A stretch of DNA of 64,000 nt from an uncultured bacterium (GTDB lineage Bacteria; Fidelibacterota; Marinisomatia; Marinisomatales; JACNKV01), in assembly GCA_964645915.1 (NCBI GenBank), contig CAZYDH010000005.1:26294-90293 (forward strand), given 5' to 3'. Shown in pieces: positions 40,156 through 49,963 of this stretch (its first letter is position 1; every line of letters starts with the position of its first letter). Below the pieces are notes generated by a model. That model did not search any database. It saw nothing but the letters and a program-made list of their open reading frames with translations, and was not told where the DNA came from. A program made the position numbers and the translations under genes.

Positions 40156-40260
40156 ATTGAAACTCCTGAGTTTTTAATATTTTTGAGGGTTAATTCCCTG
40201 TTGTTAATTTCGATAAAATATTAGCGTTTTATGATGCATTTTCTCCTTATATCGGGAGCG

Positions 40261-40289
40261 AATATACTTGTGTTACGTTCGTCAGTCAA
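40261..40289 (-). promoter_or_regulatory. Sigma70-like promoter upstream of the PorV-like gene
   Basis: On the minus strand: TTGACT (40284-40289), a 17-nt spacer, then TATATT (40261-40266). It lies about 100 nt upstream of ATG 40155, in the only sizeable gap of the long minus-strand run. Confidence 0.4.
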
Positions 40290-40326
40290 GTTTTGTTTCG
40301 AATTCAATTAGAGTTACTTCATATTT

Positions 40327-42129
40327 TCATTTTAGCAGATATAATGATAGTAATGGAATATATGTGATTAATAATACTGCTACGAACCTTATCAAAAAGA
40401 ATGGGAGAGTGGATTTATAGATTGTAGGCATATCAACATTAAAACGATAAGCCGATAAGAATAGATTCATTCCAACCGGTGGAGTAAAATACCCTAATTC
40501 TAAATTAGCAATAAATATTACCGCTAAATGCACCGGATGTATTCCAAAGTAAGCACCTATGGGAGTTACAAGCGGAGCTATCACGATCATTGCAGAAAAT
40601 ATATCCATAAAACAGCCTACAATCAGCAAAAATATATTTAAGATCAGCAAGAAAGCAATTTTAGATGTAATCATGCTTTTTACCCAAACTAAGATCAATT
40701 CGGGTATTTGGGCATCTACGATATAACTAGTAAGACCCATTGCAACTCCGAGAATGATAAGAACACCTCCAACGAGTGTAGCACATTCAATGACGATTCC
40801 CGGAATTTTCTTAACGGATAAATCTTTGTAAATAAATATTTCTATGAATAAAATATATATAACTGTTATAGCGGCAGTTTCTACAAGCGTTGTAAATCCC
40901 GCAAAAACACCGGACAATATCAAGATGGGAATGACACACTCCCATTTTGCAGCTTTTATGGCTGACAACATTTTACCGAAATCTAATGGTTGTCTTTTTA
41001 TTTTATGAGTTTTACCTTGAATAATTGACCAAGACGCCATCAATGTTACTAACAATATACCGGGGATCAATCCTGCAATAAACACATCTTTAACACTTAT
41101 CCCTGCTGTAACACTATAAATAATTGCAGGAAGACTAGGAGGAAATAATATTCCAATGGACCCGGATACGGTGATTAGTCCGAGAGTAAAACGGTTTGAA
41201 TATCCTTCTTTTTTTAACAGTGGATAGAGAAGTCCTCCTAACGCTAAAATCGTAACCCCTGACCCTCCTGTTAAGGCTGTAAAAAAACTACAAAGTATAA
41301 TAATGACTATCGGTGTTCCTCCCGGGATCCATCCAAATAAGGCTGTAAATAATCGAAACATTCTTTCGGACGCTTTTGATTCTGCTAATACATATCCTGC
41401 CAGAGTAAATAATGGAATCATGGGTAATGTAGGAGAGACTACTATCCGATAGGTTTCAGTTGGTATTGCAGCAATTGAAATTGAATCAGACCAAAATAAT
41501 AATGCAGCAACTCCCCCGAGACCTACAAAAATGGGGGCTCCAAAGAGTAAAGAAACGAGGATAACGATTATTCCAATCCATACAAACCATGATTGATCAA
41601 CAAATGTATCCGTAATAGAGATAAGAAACCATATAAGTGAAATCATTAGAATTGATCCTAAGTAATATCGATCTTTCCCACTGTTTCTAATCACATGAAA
41701 CGCAATTAATGCAAACCCAACCGGCATAATGATCTGCATAAACCAGCGTGGAATATTTGGAGCAATTTCAATTGGATAGATATATTCCCACCTAATGAAT
41801 TGAAGACTACCCCACATTAAAGAGATAATCACAATAAATGAAATTGTTTTTGCCAACCAACGACCGGGATGAGAATCATTTTTGGAATCAAATAACGGTT
41901 TTACAGACAAGGATAATAATTTATTTTGTTGCGCTGCAAGGACAGCTCCGATAAAACCAATCCATAAGGTTAAATGTTGGACTAATACCGATGCTGCAGG
42001 AATACCCGTTAAATGAAATATACGTGAAAGGGTTTCGATAAATGGTATGAACACCATCGTAAAGAAAACTGCTAAAGCAATGATGTCTTCTCCAAGTTTT
42101 AACCGATTGATAAGTGGGTGTATTTTCAT
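40327..42129 (-). CDS. TRAP transporter fused small/large permease (DctQ-DctM fusion, TatQ-M type)
   Basis: 600 aa and highly hydrophobic. A ~170-aa 4-TM N-module is followed by a DctM-like 12-TM module. It lies adjacent to the DctP-like gene. Confidence 0.85.
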   Translation of the reverse strand: MKIHPLINRLKLGEDIIALAVFFTMVFIPFIETLSRIFHLTGIPAASVLVQHLTLWIGFIGAVLAAQQNKLLSLSVKPLFDSKNDSHPGRWLAKTISFIVIISLMWGSLQFIRWEYIYPIEIAPNIPRWFMQIIMPVGFALIAFHVIRNSGKDRYYLGSILMISLIWFLISITDTFVDQSWFVWIGIIVILVSLLFGAPIFVGLGGVAALLFWSDSISIAAIPTETYRIVVSPTLPMIPLFTLAGYVLAESKASERMFRLFTALFGWIPGGTPIVIIILCSFFTALTGGSGVTILALGGLLYPLLKKEGYSNRFTLGLITVSGSIGILFPPSLPAIIYSVTAGISVKDVFIAGLIPGILLVTLMASWSIIQGKTHKIKRQPLDFGKMLSAIKAAKWECVIPILILSGVFAGFTTLVETAAITVIYILFIEIFIYKDLSVKKIPGIVIECATLVGGVLIILGVAMGLTSYIVDAQIPELILVWVKSMITSKIAFLLILNIFLLIVGCFMDIFSAMIVIAPLVTPIGAYFGIHPVHLAVIFIANLELGYFTPPVGMNLFLSAYRFNVDMPTIYKSTLPFFLIRFVAVLLITYIPLLSLYLLK

Positions 42130-42134
42130 TCTAT

Positions 42135-43160
42135 TTAGTTAGCATTTTCCAGCAATCGTTGCCTTTCTTTTTTCAACTCCATCATTTTATCAAAGATATC
42201 TTCAGGCACATAGGTTCCTCGAAGTGTTGGATACCATTCTCGTATAAATTGATCCCATTCTTCTCTCTCCGCATCAGTCGGAGAATGTACGTTTAATCCA
42301 TGCTCAATCATCATGTCGATTGCATTTTGGTCGTCATATCTATTTTCATTTTGATGTTTAAACGCTGTTTCCTCAGATATGTCTAATATAATTTGCTGAT
42401 TCTTTTCACTGATTTTATTCCATGTTCTTAGGTCTACTACGATAGCTGCGGATAATACTCCCCATTTTAAATTCAGCATATGATTAGCAATCCCAAACCA
42501 TTGAGATGATAATGAAAATAATGGCGTAGTAGCAATGGCATCTACCAATCCTGATTGCAATCCTGTAAGTACATCCGTTGCAGCAAGCGGAACCGGATTA
42601 AATCCTCCCTTTTTCCAAAGTTCAGTAGATTTAAAGTCACCTGACCAAGTAAATATTTTTGATTTTTTTAGATCATTTGGTACCCTCACTGGTTCTTTTG
42701 TAAACCAATGAGCCCATCCTACATCAGCCCAGAATAATAACTTAAACCCACTCTCTTCAATTCCTTTTGTTAGAATATCAGCAATTTGGTTTCGATACCA
42801 ATCTAAATCGTCATAATTTTTCAATAACAACGGAATATAAAACGCATATACATCCGGATTGAGTTCGGATAATCCTTCCAAACTGATTGCTGCTGCGTGT
42901 ATTTGTCCAATTCGCATTTTCCGGATCATATCTCTTTCATCACCGACAACTCCACTAGGATAGATTCTTAATTTCACATCTCCATCAGTTTCTTTTTGCC
43001 ATTTTTGCCCCATTTCAACCATCATCCCATGCCAGTTTGTTCCTTCCGGTGCTAAGGTAGCCATTTTGATCAATGTCTTTCCAAACACACTAGAGCATAG
43101 AAATAGTAATAGAATTGTTAGAAATCTGAATTTAATGCTTTTAGTAAAATAGCTCATCAA
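42135..43160 (-). CDS. TRAP transporter substrate-binding protein (DctP family)
   Basis: Signal peptide, about 340 aa, DctP-like composition (LIKMATLAPEGTNWH...), next to the permease. Confidence 0.85.
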   Translation of the reverse strand: MMSYFTKSIKFRFLTILLLFLCSSVFGKTLIKMATLAPEGTNWHGMMVEMGQKWQKETDGDVKLRIYPSGVVGDERDMIRKMRIGQIHAAAISLEGLSELNPDVYAFYIPLLLKNYDDLDWYRNQIADILTKGIEESGFKLLFWADVGWAHWFTKEPVRVPNDLKKSKIFTWSGDFKSTELWKKGGFNPVPLAATDVLTGLQSGLVDAIATTPLFSLSSQWFGIANHMLNLKWGVLSAAIVVDLRTWNKISEKNQQIILDISEETAFKHQNENRYDDQNAIDMMIEHGLNVHSPTDAEREEWDQFIREWYPTLRGTYVPEDIFDKMMELKKERQRLLENAN

Positions 43161-44007
43161 CGTTCTCCATTAACCATTTTGCTCTGGATTGAGCAATGAT
43201 ATTAGAAAAATACAACTCCGGGATCTTACTTGGATCTATTAAAATAGCTTTTTCCAAGTTAAAGAGAAATTCTTTTTTATTTTGATCTTTAACAGAAATA
43301 TTTTCTGCATAACTTACATATAAAGAGCAATCTAATCCATTAGATGCTTTTAAAGCTTCGTTAAAATGTATAACTGCCACTTTATTAGTTTCTGTACTTT
43401 GTTCAGGAATACTTAAATAATATGAAAACATCGCAGCATGTAATGTTCCAAAATTCCAATTAGAATCCAACGTAATCGCATGATCTAAAAGCCATTTGAT
43501 TTGCGGTAACTGAATTAACACTTGAGGATTACCTCGCCCTGCAGATATTTTCCCCCCAATTGCAGCTGCTGTCCAGAATAAAACTGGAACCTCACTATTA
43601 GAGAATTTCTGATCAAGAGCATAAGTTTTAAGAGATTCATTTAAATTAGGATGATTATGGTTTAATATTTTTAACCCGTAATTTTCACCGGATATGAAAT
43701 GTGTCGATGCTTCTTTATAAAGCCTAAGTGCTGTTGAATATGATTCATAAATTTTACGATCAGCTTTTTCCAATAAAAATCCGTATGCATATTGTGTATG
43801 TAACTTCATCCCTTCAATTAACAGTTCCATATCCTGTGGATTTTCTTTGATTTTCGCATCAATCTTTTCAACGGAACGCTTAAAATAGGATTCGGTGATA
43901 TTCGGTGTATTCTTTAAATAAAATGCGGGTGTACAAGATAAAACCAGAGTGAATAACAAGATTATATAAAAAACAAAATGGCCAAAGATATACTTATCCA
44001 CGGCCAT
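43141..44007 (-). CDS. tatT: TatT-like TPR lipoprotein associated with TRAP transporters
   Basis: Lipobox LVLSC. The C-terminal pattern LDSNWNFGTLHAAMFSYYLSIP...HFNEALKASNG...VSYAE matches my recollection of the TatT family. I prefer start ATG 44007 (MAVDKY), because the ORF-track start at 44082 would overlap glyA. Confidence 0.65.
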   Translation of the reverse strand: MAVDKYIFGHFVFYIILLFTLVLSCTPAFYLKNTPNITESYFKRSVEKIDAKIKENPQDMELLIEGMKLHTQYAYGFLLEKADRKIYESYSTALRLYKEASTHFISGENYGLKILNHNHPNLNESLKTYALDQKFSNSEVPVLFWTAAAIGGKISAGRGNPQVLIQLPQIKWLLDHAITLDSNWNFGTLHAAMFSYYLSIPEQSTETNKVAVIHFNEALKASNGLDCSLYVSYAENISVKDQNKKEFLFNLEKAILIDPSKIPELYFSNIIAQSRAKWLMENVDELFY

Positions 44008-44035
44008 TTTTAATATAAATGAATTGAATTTAATA

Positions 44036-45334
44036 TTAGGACTCAAGTTCCTCATAAAGAACGAAAGAATTACAAAGTTCATTTACTTTTGCATTAACAG
44101 ACTTGCAAACTTCTTCACTATCCGGATTTAGTATGATTTGATCGATTAAATCCACTATCAGTTTCATTTCATCTTTACTCATACCTCGAGTAGTAATCGC
44201 TGGAGTACCAACACGGATACCACTTGTAATAAATGGACTTCTTTTATCAAATGGAACCATATTTTTATTGACAGTGATCCCGGCTTTTACCAATGCATTC
44301 TCTGCTTGTTTACCGGTAATATTCTTATTCGTCAGATCAATAAGAACAACATGAGTATCTGTTCCACCGGAAACAAGATTATAATCTCTTTTCAATAATT
44401 CATCTGCCATCGTGGATGCATTATTCACTACCTGCTGAATATAGCACTTAAACTCTGGTTTAAGTGCTTCACCAAAGGCAACAGCTTTTGCAGCGATAAT
44501 ATGCATTAAAGGTCCACCCTGAATCCCCGGCATTACTGTTGAATCAAGTAATTCAGATATCATTTTCACTCGTCCGGATTTAGGAGCGACCTTACCCCAT
44601 ACGTTTTGTTTATCTTTTCCTAAAAGAACCATCCCTCCTCTTGGACCGCGAAGTGTTTTATGTGTTGTTGTCGTAATAACATCACAATAAGGTACCGGTG
44701 ATGGATGTAATCCCGTGGCAACCAAACCGGAAGGATGAGCAATGTCTGCCATGAGAAATGCACCAATTTCATCAGCGACTTCTCGGAAATTCTCAAATTC
44801 GATAAAACGTGGATAAGCACTTCCACCACAAATTATCAATTTTGGTTTATGTTCTCGTGCGAGTGAAACAACTTCATCGAAATCAACCCGACCTGTCTCA
44901 GGATGGACATGATATGAGATAAAATTATATAATTTCCCAGAGAAATTAACCGGACTTCCATGAGTTAAGTGTCCACCATGTGCAAGATCAAGGCCCATAA
45001 CGGTATCACCTACTTCAAGGAAAGTCATCAATGCAGCCATATTTGCTTGAGAACCTGAATGTGGTTGCACATTGGCATATTCGGCCGAAAACAATTGTTT
45101 AGCACGGTCTCGTGCTACATTCTCAGCTTCATCCACATGTTCACAACCTCCGTAATATCTCTTTCCGGGATATCCTTCGGCATATTTATTAGTCATTACA
45201 CCACCAGCCATCTCCAAAACAGCAGGACTGGTAAAATTCTCTGAAGCAATTAACTCTAAAGTGTTTTGTTCTCGATTTGATTCCCGATGCAGAATATCAA
45301 ATAATTCAGGATCATTCTTTTGTAAAAAGGACAT
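44036..45334 (-). CDS. glyA: Serine hydroxymethyltransferase
   Basis: [31 protein letters not shown] and [13 protein letters not shown] (PLP lysine). Confidence 0.95.
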   Translation of the reverse strand: MSFLQKNDPELFDILHRESNREQNTLELIASENFTSPAVLEMAGGVMTNKYAEGYPGKRYYGGCEHVDEAENVARDRAKQLFSAEYANVQPHSGSQANMAALMTFLEVGDTVMGLDLAHGGHLTHGSPVNFSGKLYNFISYHVHPETGRVDFDEVVSLAREHKPKLIICGGSAYPRFIEFENFREVADEIGAFLMADIAHPSGLVATGLHPSPVPYCDVITTTTHKTLRGPRGGMVLLGKDKQNVWGKVAPKSGRVKMISELLDSTVMPGIQGGPLMHIIAAKAVAFGEALKPEFKCYIQQVVNNASTMADELLKRDYNLVSGGTDTHVVLIDLTNKNITGKQAENALVKAGITVNKNMVPFDKRSPFITSGIRVGTPAITTRGMSKDEMKLIVDLIDQIILNPDSEEVCKSVNAKVNELCNSFVLYEELES

Positions 45335-45344
45335 AAGAATTCCT

Positions 45345-46619
45345 TTACCAATTAGATTGTTTATTTAGTTTTTCGTTAATCCATTTATAACAATCGGTTT
45401 GTGTTTTTAGATATCCACGACTTTTGCTCTCTGGATCTAACATGAACCAATTTGCTTTTGTAAATAATACTTCATTTTCTTTTAGCCAACGTCCTGATTT
45501 GCCATAACGGTTATAACCGTTCTCTTCAGCTTTTTGAAAATAATTATACGCCAATGTAGCAACTATCCGATCATCTTGAGAGATATCATCTGTGCGACAA
45601 TATTGAAACGATTTAAAATAAACATCTCCTTTTTGTCCCAACGCTTCTCCGGAAGATTTGGAAATTTGAACACTTTTATCTGCCCATTTCATCGCGTTTT
45701 CAAAATTTGATAATTCAACATTAATATCTGAAATCTTAATGGCTACTCGAGTCGCTCTTGGGTCTAATTTAAATAGCTCTTCATACGATTTCGCAGAAGA
45801 TACAAGATCATTGTTTTGATAATTGGCTTCAGCAAGCTTTTTCAACGCTATCTTACTGGTATTATCCACTCTCACTACTCTCTCTAACACCTTCACCGCT
45901 TCATCAATACGATCATTTGCAATCAGATTTTCAGAATACTCAATACCATATGATGTATTATCAGGATTTTGCTCAAAACGTTCTTTCATAAAACTTAATG
46001 GATCTTTACCGCTATTTTTGAAAGCCACAACAATTTCACTTTGTGCAACTTCGTTTTCCGGATCTCTTTCAAGCAATTTTCGTAATACAAAAATTTGATC
46101 ATCATAGCGTTGATTATCCCCATATAATTTTGCTAAATCTGTCATGATCTCAATGTCTTCCGGGACCATATCCATTAACTTTTCATATTCACCGATTTGC
46201 ATATCTACTTTATTTTGTTTTTTATATGCATAAGCTAATCTTTTTCTCAAACTTATATCATCTGGTAAGCTTTGTAAACCTTTCAGTAAGACAACTTCGG
46301 AGCTATCAAACTTTCCAAGGTTTTCATACGCAACCGCATAATAAAGGTATATTTCTGAAGCGTATCCAGGATCCCATTCATCGCAACCCAGCTCAATTAT
46401 TTCACCATAAATTCTGGTAGTTGATTTCCAATCACGATTTCGATAGTATTCTGCAGCACTGCTCATTAATCTTGGACACTTTCTTTCACGTAATGAATCC
46501 AATTTTGCTAAACTCATACCTCCGTCATCCTGTTGATCAGTAGGTGGTACACACATACTTAGAAAAAGTGCGGCAAATAATAAAAGGATAATTCGGTAAC
46601 CCACTTGTATTTGTTTCAT
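45345..46619 (-). CDS. TPR-repeat lipoprotein, unknown function
   Basis: Signal/lipobox LFLSMC, and multiple TPR-like repeats (AEYYRNRDW..., [12 protein letters not shown]..., [10 protein letters not shown]...). Confidence 0.6.
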   Translation of the reverse strand: MKQIQVGYRIILLLFAALFLSMCVPPTDQQDDGGMSLAKLDSLRERKCPRLMSSAAEYYRNRDWKSTTRIYGEIIELGCDEWDPGYASEIYLYYAVAYENLGKFDSSEVVLLKGLQSLPDDISLRKRLAYAYKKQNKVDMQIGEYEKLMDMVPEDIEIMTDLAKLYGDNQRYDDQIFVLRKLLERDPENEVAQSEIVVAFKNSGKDPLSFMKERFEQNPDNTSYGIEYSENLIANDRIDEAVKVLERVVRVDNTSKIALKKLAEANYQNNDLVSSAKSYEELFKLDPRATRVAIKISDINVELSNFENAMKWADKSVQISKSSGEALGQKGDVYFKSFQYCRTDDISQDDRIVATLAYNYFQKAEENGYNRYGKSGRWLKENEVLFTKANWFMLDPESKSRGYLKTQTDCYKWINEKLNKQSNW

Positions 46620-46620
46620 A

Positions 46621-47907
46621 TTATCTTTGTCTCCGTTTTACGAACCATAAATCCCCAATACTTATTCCTATATTAAAGGAATGTATGAATTCATTCTTAA
46701 TTTGTAAACCATCTTGCAGAGAAAGAGAGTATCCAATATCCAATTGGTTTTTCATTGGTCCAAATTGGTAGCCTATGCCAAGAGATACTCCTTTTTGTGT
46801 TATTGAACTCTCTGATGAGGTTAATGAAATAATGTTATCTTTTTTCAAAAATAAGCCAAATCTATATTCAAAATTATCAAATACGTTGTTCTTTTTAATT
46901 TGACTAAATTTACATACACTTACATTGAAATGATTTGAAGATTTTAATTGTTGTTTAAATAGTGAAAAATTAGAAGCATTCTCATTATTATCTTGCCAAT
47001 GATACCAACCCAATTGATAATGAACATAATTATCAATTACATCAAAACCTAATTGCATATCCATTGGTTCAACAATATCAGTAAAGTTATTTTCCTTAGA
47101 AGCCAAAATAAAACTGGGTGAAGGGAAATCCCATGGATCATAATTACCATAATCAGATTGGCCTGAGGTCGCGTCCTCAAATGGGCTATAGATATGTTGC
47201 TCCAATGAGATCGGGTCTATTGTAACTGAGAATGAAGCATATGAATTAAAATCGTATTTTCCAATTTTCAATCGTTCACTTAAGAGATATAAATGAAATA
47301 GACTACCTTTAAATAGATTTCGTTCTTTTAAAATATAACCAATGTCATCTATGTGTGTTGTTTTTACTTCCCTTGATGAACCAAAAAGCAGATCAAATGA
47401 AATTCCAATTCTTTCTTTACTCGTTACGGGTAAAGAGAATGCTGCTTCAAAAGAATTAACACCTCCAGCTCCCGATGCGGAATACTGCACATTAAGTGTA
47501 TCATCAAAGACTGGATCTGAGTAAGGAGTTTCCGGTCCTTGAAGTAAATAGTGTCTATTCAGATACGGAGTTAGTTTAAGACCAAATGCGTACTCTTTTT
47601 TCATGGGTACAATAAAATGAAATGACCCAAGCCTGGATAAACTATTCTTTACCGAAGGATCTTGAATTATGGAGTTTATAAAGGTATAATCAAAAGCAAG
47701 ATAAGTGAATGGTAGATTATGCCATGTCACAGGATTTGATAATGAAACATTCTCTCTAAAAGAAGAAAATAGACCAAGATTTGAAGATCCTATTGATGCA
47801 GCATCAGAGTTCGAGGTAATATTTCCTATGCCATTTGAATTAAGAATTGATTGACTAAATCCTACCGATATAACTAGTATGATAATTAGACTATTTCGTA
47901 ACCACAT
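46621..47907 (-). CDS. Secreted hypothetical protein, probable outer-membrane beta-barrel
   Basis: Signal peptide. The N-terminal pattern GIGN..SDAASIGSSNLGL....NPVTW loosely resembles FadL/PorV-type barrels, and amphipathic beta-strand periodicity runs throughout. It starts 17 nt inside the upstream gene. Confidence 0.5.
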   Translation of the reverse strand: MWLRNSLIIILVISVGFSQSILNSNGIGNITSNSDAASIGSSNLGLFSSFRENVSLSNPVTWHNLPFTYLAFDYTFINSIIQDPSVKNSLSRLGSFHFIVPMKKEYAFGLKLTPYLNRHYLLQGPETPYSDPVFDDTLNVQYSASGAGGVNSFEAAFSLPVTSKERIGISFDLLFGSSREVKTTHIDDIGYILKERNLFKGSLFHLYLLSERLKIGKYDFNSYASFSVTIDPISLEQHIYSPFEDATSGQSDYGNYDPWDFPSPSFILASKENNFTDIVEPMDMQLGFDVIDNYVHYQLGWYHWQDNNENASNFSLFKQQLKSSNHFNVSVCKFSQIKKNNVFDNFEYRFGLFLKKDNIISLTSSESSITQKGVSLGIGYQFGPMKNQLDIGYSLSLQDGLQIKNEFIHSFNIGISIGDLWFVKRRQR

Positions 47908-49108
47908 AACGCACCTTTAAGTATGGATGAAAAGATTCATCGTTTATAAATGAATGAATAATAAATGGATCATTATCAGGGGAACTAGTTAACTGTAAAT
48001 CAAATCTTTCGAGATGACCAAATTGAATGTATGATAAATAATTTCTCAAGTTTACCCTAACAAAATGGTCCGTTGTATCCAGGGTTGTTGATTGAGAACC
48101 TGCCAATTCTAATTGAGTAGTATCTCTTTCTTCAACTGTAAAATTATTTATATCAACCGAGTCCTTTAATGGATATATTAGAAGTGAATACCCTTGTGTT
48201 AACTCTTCATCATTATCTACTTGTAGATATAGATCAGCATCTTTTATTAATATTGAATCGGACAAAGTATGGAGTGTATCCAAATTGAATCTTAGCAGCG
48301 ACTTTATACCTTTTGCTCTTCCTACGGTAAATCTATCTACACCCTCTTCCCATAATGTTGGATTGACGATAGTCAGTTTCTTCTTTGTTGTGAAGGTTGT
48401 TGTTATCGTATCCATCCAAGTGGAATCTGAATTCACATTCGTTCTAAAATAATGAACTTCCATGATTGGAGATCCAAATGGGATCAAATGATCAATAGAT
48501 TCGTTTCCAATTATCTTGAATGTATTCGAATTAAGACGTAGTGTATCTAAAATGTACTCTTCAAATATATCAGTAATATCAAATTTAAATGATGCATTAT
48601 CAAGTGTATCTATTTCATCGGTTACATTTCCAGAGGCAGTAAGGACTAAATTAGGATTAACCGTAAAATATGAAGATTCAGTTTGCGAGAAGAGATTTGT
48701 ATCTCCATCTGATGAGAAATAATATACATTAGGTGGATATAATGTGTCTTCAGCCGCATGTAATGCAAATATTAATGCGACATTATCCACATCCATCAAT
48801 GAATACTGTGAACTATCAGAATTATATAGAGTATCCAAGAAAAATGTAGGTTCTACAGAAGATAATTCTACTAATGCATAAATATCAGAATATCCTTCTT
48901 GATTTCCATAATAAAGTTTTTTCACCCCTCCCATTTCCGGAGCAGAACGATACGATCTGAAAAATGATGTAGTATCAGGATCAATTCTAATAGATACTAT
49001 TTCTCCATATTGCTCAATTGGAAAAGACTCAGGATCTCTTGTACAGCCTACAAAGGTACTTAACACCATTATCCACATGAAGTGGAATAGTAACAAAATA
49101 TGTTTCAT
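47891..49108 (-). CDS. Hypothetical lipoprotein (possibly DUF4270-like)
   Basis: Lipobox TFVGC|T and 405 aa. Its position immediately after the GlgA-N-like gene mirrors a Bacteroidota gene pair I recall. I recognise no motif. Confidence 0.55.
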   Translation of the reverse strand: MKHILLLFHFMWIMVLSTFVGCTRDPESFPIEQYGEIVSIRIDPDTTSFFRSYRSAPEMGGVKKLYYGNQEGYSDIYALVELSSVEPTFFLDTLYNSDSSQYSLMDVDNVALIFALHAAEDTLYPPNVYYFSSDGDTNLFSQTESSYFTVNPNLVLTASGNVTDEIDTLDNASFKFDITDIFEEYILDTLRLNSNTFKIIGNESIDHLIPFGSPIMEVHYFRTNVNSDSTWMDTITTTFTTKKKLTIVNPTLWEEGVDRFTVGRAKGIKSLLRFNLDTLHTLSDSILIKDADLYLQVDNDEELTQGYSLLIYPLKDSVDINNFTVEERDTTQLELAGSQSTTLDTTDHFVRVNLRNYLSYIQFGHLERFDLQLTSSPDNDPFIIHSFINDESFHPYLKVRYVVTK

Positions 49109-49131
49109 TGAAGTTTACCAGTTATGTTCTA

Positions 49132-49956
49132 TCAATCAGTCAGTTGCTGCAGAGTTGCTTCAACTTTCAAAGCAACTTCATTGTAGTCAGGGGATTCTTC
49201 ATCCCATTCGATTACAGTAACTTTTTCACTATTTTCCTTTACTCCGCCTAACTTAAGTAGTTCCTTAGAAACTTTATTATTTGGTGTATCAAAGACGATT
49301 ACATGGTCAGCAAAGAAAGCAGCTACTTCATGACAATTAACTTCATCAGTCTTAAAGAAGTCGGGTAGTTCGACTTCTGCCATCTCATAGGCTTTCTTGT
49401 TGAACGTATCATATTCCCCAAGGGAATGAACAACATGAACCGTTTTAATTCCTTTGTAGAATTCGCGATCTTTGTATTTTTGCTGATAGATGATAGGTAA
49501 GAATGAGGTTTGCCATCCACAGCCTAAAATAATATCAGGGCTCCAGAACAAATGTGGTAACGTAGAAAGTGACGCACTACCATAAAAAGAATATCTTTCA
49601 TCATTATTACTAAGCATACGTCCATTCTTAGATTTATATAATAGATTTGTCAGAGGTTTAAACCAGGTTTTGTCTTCTAAAAAATATACCTGTACTCTAG
49701 TTTTAGGTATAAATGCACTTTTCGCAGATGTAATAAGTTCTTCACCATTATATTGAAAAGGAATTTCTCTAAGACGAATTACTTCTCGTAATATGTATTT
49801 ACGTTCACTGACAAAACCATATTTAGGAAGCATTGTTCTAATATCATGTCCCTTATCTTGTAACGATAAAGGAACTTTTACTGAAAATTCTCCTAAAGAG
49901 GATGTACTGGCAAAAGGTGAGATTTCAGTTGTTATGTAAAATATTTTTAAAGCCAT
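49132..49956 (-). CDS. Glycogen/starch-synthase N-terminal-domain-like protein (truncated, non-canonical)
   Basis: MALKIFYITTEISPFASTSSLGEF...GHDIRTMLPKYG parallels the GlgA N-terminus. KTGGL is replaced by STSSL, and the protein stops at 274 aa without a C-terminal GT domain. Confidence 0.7.
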   Translation of the reverse strand: MALKIFYITTEISPFASTSSLGEFSVKVPLSLQDKGHDIRTMLPKYGFVSERKYILREVIRLREIPFQYNGEELITSAKSAFIPKTRVQVYFLEDKTWFKPLTNLLYKSKNGRMLSNNDERYSFYGSASLSTLPHLFWSPDIILGCGWQTSFLPIIYQQKYKDREFYKGIKTVHVVHSLGEYDTFNKKAYEMAEVELPDFFKTDEVNCHEVAAFFADHVIVFDTPNNKVSKELLKLGGVKENSEKVTVIEWDEESPDYNEVALKVEATLQQLTD

Positions 49957-49963
49957 AATTTGA

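Noticed and set aside
40204-40239. An 11-codon mini-ORF (MHHKTLIFYRN) after AAGGAG in the PorV-like leader, as a leader peptide
   Set aside because: The Shine-Dalgarno-to-ATG spacing is only 3 nt and there is no attenuator-like hairpin. I kept it only as a note within the promoter/leader finding.
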